A stretch of 64,000 nucleotides of DNA from a virus. Where the stretch lies: IMG/VR virus record IMGVR_UViG_3300032323_001119, positions 32,001 to 96,000 of that record; one strand, written 5' to 3'. Shown piece by piece: positions 47,332 to 57,760 of this stretch. The notes beneath the pieces are model-generated. The model was not told the DNA's origin, ran no database searches, and saw only the letters and a program-made list of their open reading frames with translations. Position 1 is the first letter of the stretch; every line of letters starts with the position of its first letter. A program made the translations under genes and the position numbers.

Positions 47332-50300
47332 TATATATTCTTCCCCTGTCCTACCATTTTAACATTAATCTTAGCTTTTTGTCCAATAACAACCTCAGCC
47401 TTTTTAACAATCATATTAGACAATGCTTCGACATCCATTCCTTCTGATGCGTAAATATTTTGGTTAACAACATAAGAGTTGCCTGAAACAGCACCATCTC
47501 TTACATTATACTGAGCTTGGTTAAAATTATATCTTGGCGATGCCGCTGCTAATGTATTCATTACATCGTTTGGCATAATATTTGCTTTATTCTTTAAGTG
47601 TACAAACTCTGGTCCTCTTTCTCCAACCAGGAACATTCCGCTTGCATTTTCAACACCAGTGGCAGCCTTACCTGCAAAGACTATGTTACCGTCTTTTTTG
47701 CTTCTTGAATATTTTTGTCCATTCCAAATAAATGTTTCGCCTAGCTGCAAGTCTAGTCTATCTTTAATTGCATCACGAGCCTGTGCATTAAGAACCTTTA
47801 TCTTTTTACCATCAAATTCTTTTTCTTCCAGCTGGTTGCTGTAGTTACCAGTAACCTTTATATTTCTTCTTAGCGTAGGATCTCCATTTGCACCCTTTAT
47901 GGCATTTACAACATCCTTAAGAGTTGCCCCACCCTTAATACTATTTGCGAGTGCTTCATTAACTCCTGCGCCAGTTCCAGATTTTAATAGAAGGTCTAGT
48001 GCATTTTGTTGTGGAGAAACTGGAACCTTAGTTGTAGTTGTAACTGGGCCAGTAGATGTTAATTCAGTAGTAGTTTTTGTTGTATATCTTGGCATTTTTT
48101 CGCCAGTTACGGCTTCCATTGCAGCCACAAATCCTGCTGCTGCTTCTTTATTTTTCTTCACATACTCTTGAATTGATTGTCCAGCTGCAGCTGCATTTCC
48201 GTAAAGAGCAGTCATAGAATCATTAACCTTTTTAATAGCAGCTTCCTGCTTATCATATCTAGACTTAAGCTTATCTAAACTTTCTCCAGCAATTGCTGCC
48301 GAATCAGAAAGTTTTTGCTGCTTATCTCCTAGCGCTTCAGCGGCTGCTTTAAGAGGCTTGTTAGCTGCTTCTGTAGCTTTATCTATTGCTCTCATCTGTG
48401 CTTCTGTTTGTTGCTGAGAAGTTAAAGACTCTAAATCAATTCTTAAGCTTTGCGCCTTCTCAGTGTCTCCAGTTGCGGCAGCATTTTGCATTTCAATTCT
48501 AGTTTTTTCAATTTGTCTTCCTAGATCTGCGTCTTGCTGTGCTGCCGACAAAGCCTTCTTTCTTGCTTCTGCAAGCTTATTGTTTGCATCTATTTGCTTG
48601 TTTAAAGCCTTTAGTCTATCTCTATCAGAAATTTGCTGAGCAACAGTCTGTCCCTTAAGGGCCTTTGTGTAGTTTGCAATTTGGCCCTTTAGTTTATCTA
48701 GGCTTGCATACTGCTCTTTTAGTATTCCAGTTCTATTTGTAGACTGTACTGAATCTGATATTGCTGCAAAAGAGTCTGCGATTACTTTAGTTTGTGCTGC
48801 GTTTAATGCAGAAAGATCTCCGTTAAATCCTTGTGCTTGAAGTCTAATTTTTTGCCAAACACTGACAATGGTGTCAGAACCATTAATCATCTTCTTTACT
48901 TCAGGATTTGTCTTAGCCATTTCATTAATAGTGCCTTGTGTAATTGCTGTACCAGCTTCTCTAGACTTGTTTATTTTGTCTATCATTATCTTTTCAGCTT
49001 CTGCATATGTAAGAGACTTTGTCTTACCGCTTAAATCTTTAGCAACAAGTCTTTCTCTTTTGGCAATTAAATCATTGATTCCAGTTTCAGTTGCCATAAG
49101 AGCAGTATTTAAAGATGCCGCCTTTTCTTTATTTCCCTGATCTCTTGTATCAGCACCAAAGCTAGTAACTGCTGAAACTGCTGCAGATTGTGGATCGGTA
49201 ATTGCTTTGAACTGTGCATTACCCATTGTTGCAGTAATTGATTGATCTTTTTTATTTGACAGCTGAAGCATAGTATAAACTTTTTTAGTTGCCTCATCTG
49301 CAGACATTCCAGCTGCAATTAGCTGCTCTTTAATTCTACGTACAGCATCAGGCACCTTGTTTGAAGGCTGTCTATCTAGTGCTTTAATCTGCTCTCCAAA
49401 AGTTTCTTTTACTTCTTTCTTTAATTCTTTGTATTCTGCAATTGTCATCTGGAATGGAGTCCCGCCATCTTTCATGCTTTCATACACAAGCTTATTTGCA
49501 GCCGCCATATCCTTGGCATCCTGAATAGTATCTTTAATTTTTGATCCGAAGTCTGTAAATCTTAGGTTAGCTTTTTTAGCTGCTTCTGCAGTCATTCCAA
49601 ATGTAGATATATTAAGTTCTTGTCCCTTTTTGTAGTTCTGCCACATCTTGTATCCAGCAATACCTGCTAGAGTTACTGCTGCTAGTGGGGCAACTAGTCC
49701 TGCTGCTGCAGCTGCGGTTGCACCAAATCCAGCTGATGCCATTCCTGCTGTTGCTGCACTTGCTGCAGCACGTTTTGCAACCATTCCGCCTATGCCTTTT
49801 ATAAGAGATGGGCCAGCCATTGATCCAACCATTGAGCCCATCATCATTCCATTTTGTCCACCAAGGGCATTTCCTATTGCTCCCCCTGCTGCCATTCCAC
49901 CCATAGTGCCAAGCATCATGCCTCCAGCGCCTTGGCCTAGTTCTGGGTTTACGACACCCTTTGCTCTCATATATTGAACTGGATGTAACATTGCTGATGT
50001 AGAATAACGAGCATTTGCCATAAACGATCTTCTAATTGCATTATCTGCTCTGGATGCTGGAACTTCATTGCCACGTCTATCTATATATGCTGGATTAAAA
50101 ATTGCTCCTGGAGCATTAGCAGCTATTGATCTTTCTTCTCCAATTTTATTTTTGCGATTCTGTATCATCCCAGCAGTTCTATATCCTGAATCTTTTATTC
50201 TAGTCCCAAGTGAGCTTATACTTGATGATATATCTGAAGCTGCAATTCTAGCACTTGTTATTAATCTTGTAGATGCTGCCTTAAGTCCATTAGAGATAGA

Positions 50301-53300
50301 AGAAAATGCTGAATCTATTGCTACGTTAGCTCTTTGTAATGGAAGCTTTAACCCTGGCATGTAAGGCAAAGATCCTTGCAGTGTAGGAACATTTGTCACT
50401 ACACCCTTTCCACCAACAAATGAAGTTGTCCCTACAGATAGTGGCCCAGGCTTAGGTGGAGTAGTAGCAACTGGCATCGGTGCTCTTGATGCATTAAGGT
50501 TGTTTAAATAAAGCTGTCCTATTGCCCTCTGACTTGGATCTCCTGATTTTAAAAGACGGTTAGCATGCTCTTTAGATGTAACTTGGCTAACATCAGAAAC
50601 CTTTTCGCCATAACCTATTTTACTAGATTTGACTATACCGCCTAGCATAAATCCTGGAATTATCTTGCCGCTCTGTTGTGGGCTAAATATTTCTGGACCC
50701 TTTTCTCCAACTAAATAGCTTTGTCCTGGAGATACTGGTCCTCCCATTTCTCTTTTACCATCAATGCCAAATATCTTTTTCTTAAGATCGTCTGTAATTG
50801 GTGTATTCTTTTTTGAATCCCAATTTAAGTATTTTTTCTTTAAAATATCTTTATCTATTGGAGAAAGTTGTTTTAAAACATTTCTGTCTGAAATCATATC
50901 GCTGGCAGCAGATCTAATTACTGCATCTAAAGCGTCTGGCTCAAGTCCATTCTTCAGTGTGCCGTCTGGCATCTTTACATAGCCATAAGGCTTTTCTTTT
51001 GCTAAAGCTGCTGCAAACTTATCGTATAAAAGCTTTTGAGTATTTTTTCTTAATCCAGTTCCAGCAAACAGCGTTTCTGCCATTTTAATTGATAAGGAGT
51101 TTACTCCCCATGGAGCAGATTCATACATGCTAGGTTTAGGGGCACCAGTTGGTCCAAAACCTGCACCTATTCTTCTCATGGCTATACCCTTTAAGACATT
51201 GCCAATTATTCCTCCACCATTAAATCCGTTTAGAGGAGTCTTAAAAGAATTGTCGCTTAGAGATATTGCATGACCTCTTTGACGTATTCTTAATTCAGCT
51301 TCGTCTTTTAACTTCTTTAATGCTGCTGGTGTAAGTGCCTTAGCTTTTGCAATTTCAACAGAAGAATGAATTCCATGGAACTCTTGCCAATTAACTGCTC
51401 TTCCATCTTCTAGCCTTTTAATCATTGCAGCATAAGCTTTAGCTTCATCTGGAGTTAAATCAAATCTTGATATGGTAGTCTTTAGTCTTGGTAGAACTGC
51501 ATCAATTTCATCAATCATTGCTTTATGATATTGATCTGGAGTCATACCCTTTGGAATTGACAATGTGGACTCTGCAAAGAATCTCTTTGCTCCGCCCTTT
51601 ACTCCGAGCAAGTTAATACGTGCCTGCTCTTTCATCGAAATCATTTCTTCTTCATAGGCTCTTTTACCAGAAGCCATCTTAAATACTCCAGCCGTTCCAA
51701 CATCAGCCAATGTGCTTCCAGAAAGATTATCTCTACTTAAATCTCTATCTCCTCTTAAATTAGCTGCAACTAATTGCTTAAAGTAATCTTCTCGTGTAAA
51801 TGATCCTGACTTATTTACAAATGCTTCGTCATAAGGAGACTCTAGTACAAGCAGCTTTCTCTTTCCAGTTGGATCTGTAGGGTCAAGCATGGTTCTAATT
51901 TCTTGTCTTGGAGCATTTAATCCATGTGCATCTCTTGCAATAATAGTTGCACGTTGCTCTGCTAGGGCTGCAGTTTCATCCATTACTGGTTTAACAAATA
52001 CTTTAGTTCCATCTGGTTTTTCATAAACTCCACCAATTCCAGAAACTGGGAAGCTTCTTCCAGATGAAGGAGAAATTAGTTTTCCAAAGTCTGTTGGAGG
52101 CATTGAAGCAAATCTGCTTGTACTCAAAGATTGGCTTATTTCATCCATCTGCATTCTTGCGTTTCTTTGTTGCTCTACAGCTTTAAATGATCTAGGCATT
52201 CCAAGGAAAAGCTTGCCGTATCCGTACTTGCCTTTCTTTACCATACCGCCGATCATACCGCCAGCATTAGCAGCTCTAAGTCTTCTTCCTCCAACCATTG
52301 CAAACATCTGTCTCTCAGCTTTTCTAGGTTTTGCTGGAGTTCCAGACTCTCTAAATATTTTCATGTCAGCACCCAATGCTCTGACTAAGCTTTCTGGTAT
52401 AGGACCTTTACCAGTCCATCTGCCAGTAGAAATCCATTTTTCAATAACTGGTATATGTCTTTTAAAATCATCTACATCTTTAAATCCAAATGAAGTTGCA
52501 AGCCTGTGTGCTCTAGCTATAGCCTCATCTTTGGTAAGCGGAACTACGTCATCAATAATTTTTCTTTGCTCTAACCTGTTTCCAAATTTGTTAAAGTCAT
52601 CATGGGCAGCTTCTCCGTAATAGCCTCGTGCAGCTATAGGCCCAGACATTCTTTCTATATGTGCACGATCCCAGCCTGGATTTATGACAGCACCAGGGAA
52701 CTTTGCTTTTAAAAGATTAAGTATTTGAAGCTTTGCTCTATTATTATTTTTTGCTGCACCTGCTTTTGCCAGCTTCCAATCTTTGTCTGTTTGTCCTGGC
52801 TTTCTTTCAAGCACAAGATCTGGGAAATTCTTTTGCATGTAGGCTCTTTGTGCCTCAACATAGCTCATTCCTTTACCAGTTCTTAGATACTCTTCATGAC
52901 TTGCCAAGGCAAGTCTTACGGCTTTTTCTGCTTCTGCAATTGCTCTTGAAGGAGTCATATTCATGTCTTTTGAATACTGCAGTATTGCAGTTGCATCATT
53001 TTGAATTAAGTTAGGAACAATATGATCTACATAAGGAGTTCTAACTCCAGTTAGATGATCTATGTACTGAGATGCTTTTTGAAGCTCAGACATCCCTCTT
53101 GCTGGACCGTCAAACATGTCTTGCATCTTGCCATAATTTCTAATTCCTCTTGTTACCATGCCACCCAAAATTCCGCCATTATTTCTTAGTTGGACTCTTG
53201 ATCCACTATTAGCTTTATCTAGCAAAGGCTTGTTGGCTGCTGTAAACTCTGGGTCGAAATAAGTTTCTCTAGGTGTGAGAATCGCATCTATAACTTTGCC

Positions 53301-56192
53301 CCCACGATTGTATCCATTTGATGCCATTCTAACTAAATCAGGATTATTACGTGAAGCTTCTTGATTCAATATGTAGCTTCCTTCTGGAAGTCTTGCTGGA
53401 ACCATATCATAATCAATATTTGATGGGCCTGGGACTATTGAACCATGCTTTGATGGATCATAAACTAATCCTCCAGTATTTAGCTGTCTAGGTTTTGTAG
53501 TCTGAATACTATACCCTGCGCCTGATGTTCTAACGCCAAGCCCACGAGCAATTGAATCTACAAGCTTAGAAGTTTCTGTTTTGTGAAAAAGCTCTTTCAT
53601 GTTTGACTTGCCTGCTGCGCTTACAACTGGCTGTGTCGTTAATGGAACTGTAGTTAAACTCAAGGTTCTTGCCTGTGCTGTTGCAACACCTTGAGCCGTT
53701 TGAACCATCATTGCTTCTACTTGTGCATTTAATGCAAATATTTTTGCTCTTGCTGCTTCTACTGTAATCTTACCAGCTTGCAACTGTTTAACAATTAATG
53801 CTGTTTCGTCTGCCGCTAAAGATGTTATCTTTGTCATTTGTGGCAAAAGTGCCTGATATGAATCTGATAATGATGCGGTTACTGTACCAGTTGCTGCTAT
53901 TTCAGTCTTAAGTGTTGCTAATTCTGCTTTTGACTGCATAGCAATTGCTGCTGTCATTGAGTGCCACTTAGCAGCTTCTGCTGCAACTACACCAGTAGAT
54001 ACACCGTTTACAGAACTCAGCCCTTGAACTCTTGGCAGATCATCTGACATGTAAAGTTGTGGGGCATTCGAAATTCTTTGATTTACTGGCTTTGGACCTG
54101 GTACTGTAGAGAATATTGTTTCTTCTGCTCTTTGCTGTGGCGTCTTTGATCCAGTTGGAATCATGTGAGACATGTCTCTAGAATATGCTCTACCTACAAG
54201 AGGATTATTCTTATCTACTATTCTTCCTCCGCCTGCCATTACTGGGTTTCCAGCAACAGTAGACATACTATTGGATGTAGCAATAGTCGAACTCATTGCG
54301 CTTTGCTTTAGTCTATCAAATGATGCCGCAAGGGTCATTACTGCATCTGAGAATGTAGCAGCAGCTTTTGTATCGCTATAGAATGATTGCTCTACTGTTT
54401 TGGCAGCAGCAGATGCTGCCATTAATTCTGGTGTTAATAATTTAAAGCCAGTCCCACCCTTACCGATGTTCTTAAGGGCTAATATTCCTTTTATTATATA
54501 TCCGAAGAAGTTTGCAAGCACACCAGTAAGCATGATTATAGGACCAGCAATTGCTGTAAGTCCACCAATAAATCCTAGAACAGCTTTAATTGGACCTGGC
54601 AGATTTCCAATAAACTTTAAAATTCCATCTATAGCATTTAATACAAATGCACCAATTTTTAAGAATTGTTCTCCAACTACCGCAAGTTCTGCTTTTACAG
54701 ATTCAAGTGCTCTTCTGTATTTACCAGATGCAGATTCTGTAAGCGCTGTTAATTCTCGTGCTGAAATTGCTGCTAAGTCTTGTGTGCTTGCTTTCATCAG
54801 GTCTAAAACTTGAAGAGTCTGGCTTCCTTCTTTACCAAGGTTTTCAAACAATGCGTTGATTCTAGCAAATTGAAATTTACCGAATAGCTGTTCAATTGCT
54901 CTTGCTCTTTGTAGAGGCTCAAGTGAATCTAGGGAATCCTTGAGTGCCATAATTGTTCCAGTTAGATTTCCAGCATTTTTATTTACAATGCCAGACAAGT
55001 CTATTCCGAATCCCATAAACATTTCTTTGGCAACCTTTGTAGGGTTAATTACAGATGCTAAAGCTGACTTTAATGCGTTGGCACTTTCTGATGCGTTAAT
55101 TCCACCTTCACGCATAGCAGTTAGATAAAGAGCAAGGTCTTGTACTTCTCCACCAAGTGCTTTTACTACTGGGCCTGCTTTTGGAATAGCAGTTACTAAA
55201 TCATCTAGAGTAGTAGATGTCTGGTTTTCAACTGCGTTCAAGAAGTCGATTGACTCGGCAAGTTCCATTGTATTTTGTCCGAAGGCTGTTTGAATAGCAA
55301 GCGTAGCCTTCATAGCTTCTTGTCTATCTACTTCACCAAGAATTGCAAGTCTAGTTGTTTGTCTTGTAGAGTCTATAAGATCTGCGCCCTGTTTTCCAGT
55401 AGCAGCAATATCTGCGGCAAGTGCAATAGTTTCTGTAAAGTTTGCTCCTAATCCAGAAGCTAATTCTCTAGATACTGCCATAACATCTTTACGAACCTGA
55501 AGAAGATCGGCACTTGATGTTGCAACTAATCCGCCATAAACCTTTGTAAGTCTTACAAGCTCTTCATCTGCTTGTCTAAATGCTTTTGCTGCAGCCATAC
55601 CAAACGCTGCAAGTGGCACAGTTAATCCTACTGTTAACTGGCGACCAGCCCACTGTGTATTCTTACCCCAATTGATAAGCTGATTCGATCCATCCATCAT
55701 TACCTTGTTCATGATGGCAAGTTCTTGTCTTAGAAGAGCTGACTTATTTTTTGTAACGTCTAGTCCAGATTGAACCATTACGTTATATTGCATTAAGCCT
55801 TGTGCATTTTTACCAAGCGGCTGGATAATTGAATTCTCAAGCATTACCTGCTGCTTAGCAAGGTCTCGAACTAAATTGCTAGTCTTCTGTGTATGTCCTT
55901 GCCATGTTCTGAAGTACTGGCCAAGCTTCATTCTGCCGCTGTCTAAATTTTGTCCAAACTTAGATACGTCTGATGTAAGAGTTACGAAGTGTCTAGAAAA
56001 CTGGCCAGTGGAGCGCATGGTTTCGTCAAACTGACGATTCATGACTCCAACCTGGCTAGTTAGGTTTTTATTTAAACCAATTGTTGTAGCTTGGAGTTTT
56101 AAGAGTTGCGAAGTAACCGCTTGTAACTGCGCTGTTAGGCTAGAAAAATTAGCCGTCGCAGTTATGTTGGTTACTATATTTTGATCTGCCAA
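47331..56192 (-). CDS. tape measure protein with internal cargo domains (2953 aa)
   Basis: TP901-type TMP core in the N-terminal third, hydrophobic segments, LVGE(K/R)GPE motifs; follows the tail chaperones. Confidence 0.92.
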   Translation of the reverse strand: MADQNIVTNITATANFSSLTAQLQAVTSQLLKLQATTIGLNKNLTSQVGVMNRQFDETMRSTGQFSRHFVTLTSDVSKFGQNLDSGRMKLGQYFRTWQGHTQKTSNLVRDLAKQQVMLENSIIQPLGKNAQGLMQYNVMVQSGLDVTKNKSALLRQELAIMNKVMMDGSNQLINWGKNTQWAGRQLTVGLTVPLAAFGMAAAKAFRQADEELVRLTKVYGGLVATSSADLLQVRKDVMAVSRELASGLGANFTETIALAADIAATGKQGADLIDSTRQTTRLAILGEVDRQEAMKATLAIQTAFGQNTMELAESIDFLNAVENQTSTTLDDLVTAIPKAGPVVKALGGEVQDLALYLTAMREGGINASESANALKSALASVINPTKVAKEMFMGFGIDLSGIVNKNAGNLTGTIMALKDSLDSLEPLQRARAIEQLFGKFQFARINALFENLGKEGSQTLQVLDLMKASTQDLAAISARELTALTESASGKYRRALESVKAELAVVGEQFLKIGAFVLNAIDGILKFIGNLPGPIKAVLGFIGGLTAIAGPIIMLTGVLANFFGYIIKGILALKNIGKGGTGFKLLTPELMAASAAAKTVEQSFYSDTKAAATFSDAVMTLAASFDRLKQSAMSSTIATSNSMSTVAGNPVMAGGGRIVDKNNPLVGRAYSRDMSHMIPTGSKTPQQRAEETIFSTVPGPKPVNQRISNAPQLYMSDDLPRVQGLSSVNGVSTGVVAAEAAKWHSMTAAIAMQSKAELATLKTEIAATGTVTASLSDSYQALLPQMTKITSLAADETALIVKQLQAGKITVEAARAKIFALNAQVEAMMVQTAQGVATAQARTLSLTTVPLTTQPVVSAAGKSNMKELFHKTETSKLVDSIARGLGVRTSGAGYSIQTTKPRQLNTGGLVYDPSKHGSIVPGPSNIDYDMVPARLPEGSYILNQEASRNNPDLVRMASNGYNRGGKVIDAILTPRETYFDPEFTAANKPLLDKANSGSRVQLRNNGGILGGMVTRGIRNYGKMQDMFDGPARGMSELQKASQYIDHLTGVRTPYVDHIVPNLIQNDATAILQYSKDMNMTPSRAIAEAEKAVRLALASHEEYLRTGKGMSYVEAQRAYMQKNFPDLVLERKPGQTDKDWKLAKAGAAKNNNRAKLQILNLLKAKFPGAVINPGWDRAHIERMSGPIAARGYYGEAAHDDFNKFGNRLEQRKIIDDVVPLTKDEAIARAHRLATSFGFKDVDDFKRHIPVIEKWISTGRWTGKGPIPESLVRALGADMKIFRESGTPAKPRKAERQMFAMVGGRRLRAANAGGMIGGMVKKGKYGYGKLFLGMPRSFKAVEQQRNARMQMDEISQSLSTSRFASMPPTDFGKLISPSSGRSFPVSGIGGVYEKPDGTKVFVKPVMDETAALAEQRATIIARDAHGLNAPRQEIRTMLDPTDPTGKRKLLVLESPYDEAFVNKSGSFTREDYFKQLVAANLRGDRDLSRDNLSGSTLADVGTAGVFKMASGKRAYEEEMISMKEQARINLLGVKGGAKRFFAESTLSIPKGMTPDQYHKAMIDEIDAVLPRLKTTISRFDLTPDEAKAYAAMIKRLEDGRAVNWQEFHGIHSSVEIAKAKALTPAALKKLKDEAELRIRQRGHAISLSDNSFKTPLNGFNGGGIIGNVLKGIAMRRIGAGFGPTGAPKPSMYESAPWGVNSLSIKMAETLFAGTGLRKNTQKLLYDKFAAALAKEKPYGYVKMPDGTLKNGLEPDALDAVIRSAASDMISDRNVLKQLSPIDKDILKKKYLNWDSKKNTPITDDLKKKIFGIDGKREMGGPVSPGQSYLVGEKGPEIFSPQQSGKIIPGFMLGGIVKSSKIGYGEKVSDVSQVTSKEHANRLLKSGDPSQRAIGQLYLNNLNASRAPMPVATTPPKPGPLSVGTTSFVGGKGVVTNVPTLQGSLPYMPGLKLPLQRANVAIDSAFSSISNGLKAASTRLITSARIAASDISSSISSLGTRIKDSGYRTAGMIQNRKNKIGEERSIAANAPGAIFNPAYIDRRGNEVPASRADNAIRRSFMANARYSTSAMLHPVQYMRAKGVVNPELGQGAGGMMLGTMGGMAAGGAIGNALGGQNGMMMGSMVGSMAGPSLIKGIGGMVAKRAAASAATAGMASAGFGATAAAAAGLVAPLAAVTLAGIAGYKMWQNYKKGQELNISTFGMTAEAAKKANLRFTDFGSKIKDTIQDAKDMAAANKLVYESMKDGGTPFQMTIAEYKELKKEVKETFGEQIKALDRQPSNKVPDAVRRIKEQLIAAGMSADEATKKVYTMLQLSNKKDQSITATMGNAQFKAITDPQSAAVSAVTSFGADTRDQGNKEKAASLNTALMATETGINDLIAKRERLVAKDLSGKTKSLTYAEAEKIMIDKINKSREAGTAITQGTINEMAKTNPEVKKMINGSDTIVSVWQKIRLQAQGFNGDLSALNAAQTKVIADSFAAISDSVQSTNRTGILKEQYASLDKLKGQIANYTKALKGQTVAQQISDRDRLKALNKQIDANNKLAEARKKALSAAQQDADLGRQIEKTRIEMQNAAATGDTEKAQSLRIDLESLTSQQQTEAQMRAIDKATEAANKPLKAAAEALGDKQQKLSDSAAIAGESLDKLKSRYDKQEAAIKKVNDSMTALYGNAAAAGQSIQEYVKKNKEAAAGFVAAMEAVTGEKMPRYTTKTTTELTSTGPVTTTTKVPVSPQQNALDLLLKSGTGAGVNEALANSIKGGATLKDVVNAIKGANGDPTLRRNIKVTGNYSNQLEEKEFDGKKIKVLNAQARDAIKDRLDLQLGETFIWNGQKYSRSKKDGNIVFAGKAATGVENASGMFLVGERGPEFVHLKNKANIMPNDVMNTLAAASPRYNFNQAQYNVRDGAVSGNSYVVNQNIYASEGMDVEALSNMIVKKAEVVIGQKAKINVKMVGQGKNI

Positions 56193-56195
56193 CTC

Positions 56196-56564
56196 TTACT
56201 CCTTTTTGTATCCGAGTCCCGCTCCGATACCAAACCCTGCTTCTGATGCAAACTGACCTTGTAATGAAACAATGTCAGATGGATCTGCAGTTATTCCAAG
56301 AGCCTTTCGTCTTACGTCTTCAAAGCTCTTGCTTTGTTGTTCTTCTTCAGCGCTATCAAGTTCTACGCCTTGTATTGCGGCCAAAAATTTTCTTTTCTCT
56401 GATTCAGTCTTTTGCATAGATTTAAAAGTTTGAATCAATTCTGGCATTGAAAGACTGTCTTCCAATTCCTCGTAATTCTTATAGTTTCCTATTAGAAATA
56501 CTTCTCCTTCTAATGCAGCTAGATCTAGTTCTGACCAGCTAGAACCGCTGCTGCTAGCAAATTT
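56196..56564 (-). CDS. tail assembly chaperone, -1 frameshifted extension (gpT-like)
   Basis: Frame is open from the AAATTTG site through SWSELDLAALEGEVF... to 56196; TGA just upstream of the site in this frame. Confidence 0.75.
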   Translation of the reverse strand, partial: KFASSSGSSWSELDLAALEGEVFLIGNYKNYEELEDSLSMPELIQTFKSMQKTESEKRKFLAAIQGVELDSAEEEQQSKSFEDVRRKALGITADPSDIVSLQGQFASEAGFGIGAGLGYKKE

Positions 56565-56857
56565 GGATCATCCATCTTAATGCCACCGCAAACTTCAAGG
56601 ATACGATTAATTGTTGGTACATCTAATACGTCCTCAAATGCATCTCTATCTGCTACCAATTCTGGAAGCTGCTTTTCTAGTGCTACTGCACAAGCATCGA
56701 TTAGGATGGTTAATGTTTCGTCTTCTGTAGTTACTTCTGCTGTCTTACTGATAGCGGCCATAAACTTTCTAAGCTCTTTAATGGTTAAAGGCTTCAGCTT
56801 TACTGTTGCGCCATTTTGTAGTTGAATCTCTTCTACATCATATACTGTTGTTGCCAA
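56525..56857 (-). CDS. tail assembly chaperone (gpG-like)
   Basis: Between major tail and TMP genes; AGGAGG RBS. Confidence 0.85.
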   Translation of the reverse strand: MATTVYDVEEIQLQNGATVKLKPLTIKELRKFMAAISKTAEVTTEDETLTILIDACAVALEKQLPELVADRDAFEDVLDVPTINRILEVCGGIKMDDPNLLAAAVLAGQN

Positions 56858-56920
56858 TTTAAATCCTCCTAGGATCTCGTCTTAATTATTGTATCATATC
56901 AGTAATACCAACACAATGCT

Positions 56921-56950
56921 AAAACCCCCCTAATTTCTTAGGGGGGTTTT
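56921..56950 (-). terminator. intrinsic terminator after the major tail gene
   Basis: AAAACCCCCCTAAG-AAA-TTAGGGGGGTTTT. Confidence 0.85.
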
Positions 56951-56967
56951 ATTAATTAATAAATTAA

Positions 56968-57648
56968 TTATGCTGTGACGACACGGTCAATAATTAGTCC
57001 GTATTCAGAGCCACCCTTGTTACCGTCTGGAAGCAAACGGAATGTTACTGGGAATGTTGTTGCTGCGTTACGAGCAAGTGAGAACTGAGATTGCTGTACT
57101 GAAAGAACTCTACGTCCGTAGTATACTCTCTCTGTTCTTGTGATGTTTGTTCCTGACTCAGAAACAGTTGGTGCTGCACCAACTGCAATCAGCTGACGCT
57201 CTGTTGGCTGTACGCCAAGAGCACCTGCTTCAAGACCTAGAGTGTCGATGTCATCTCCTCTGTCTAGAGTTGATTGACCCTGTCCGAATACAGCAAGAAT
57301 GTTCTCAAGTGTACCTTCAGACATTTCTGTTGCAATCATAACTTCCATTGACTCCTTGAAAAGCTTTGCTGTATCAAGAAGCTGATCTACTGTAACTGAA
57401 CCGTATGATGGGTTGTAAGTAATCTGAAGACCGTTATTTGTAAAACCTACGTTGCGGAACTTAGGATTAAGTCCTGCTGCTGCTGTGTTGAGGGTATCTG
57501 TGTAAGATGTTCCATCAACAAATGCTACTCCTGCTGTCTCATTTGGTTCCATGTTTTCAGTGTAACCTGAAACAGTTGAATCCTTTACTGACAAGAACAA
57601 TGGAGAAGCTCCAACAAGAATATTTCTTGCGTTGTTAAATGTTGCCAT
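56968..57648 (-). CDS. major tail protein
   Basis: NILVGA...VGFTNNG...VDQLLD...FPVTFRLLPD; position; RBS and terminator. Confidence 0.85.
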   Translation of the reverse strand: MATFNNARNILVGASPLFLSVKDSTVSGYTENMEPNETAGVAFVDGTSYTDTLNTAAAGLNPKFRNVGFTNNGLQITYNPSYGSVTVDQLLDTAKLFKESMEVMIATEMSEGTLENILAVFGQGQSTLDRGDDIDTLGLEAGALGVQPTERQLIAVGAAPTVSESGTNITRTERVYYGRRVLSVQQSQFSLARNAATTFPVTFRLLPDGNKGGSEYGLIIDRVVTA

Positions 57649-57760
57649 TGGTAAAACCTCCTGTTAAATAAATATATATATATTGACTTACTTTAAATTA
57701 AGCTGGCTAGGCTCTTTTCCTCTTGGTATAAGTTTATCTTACAATCAACTAAAAGGCAAA

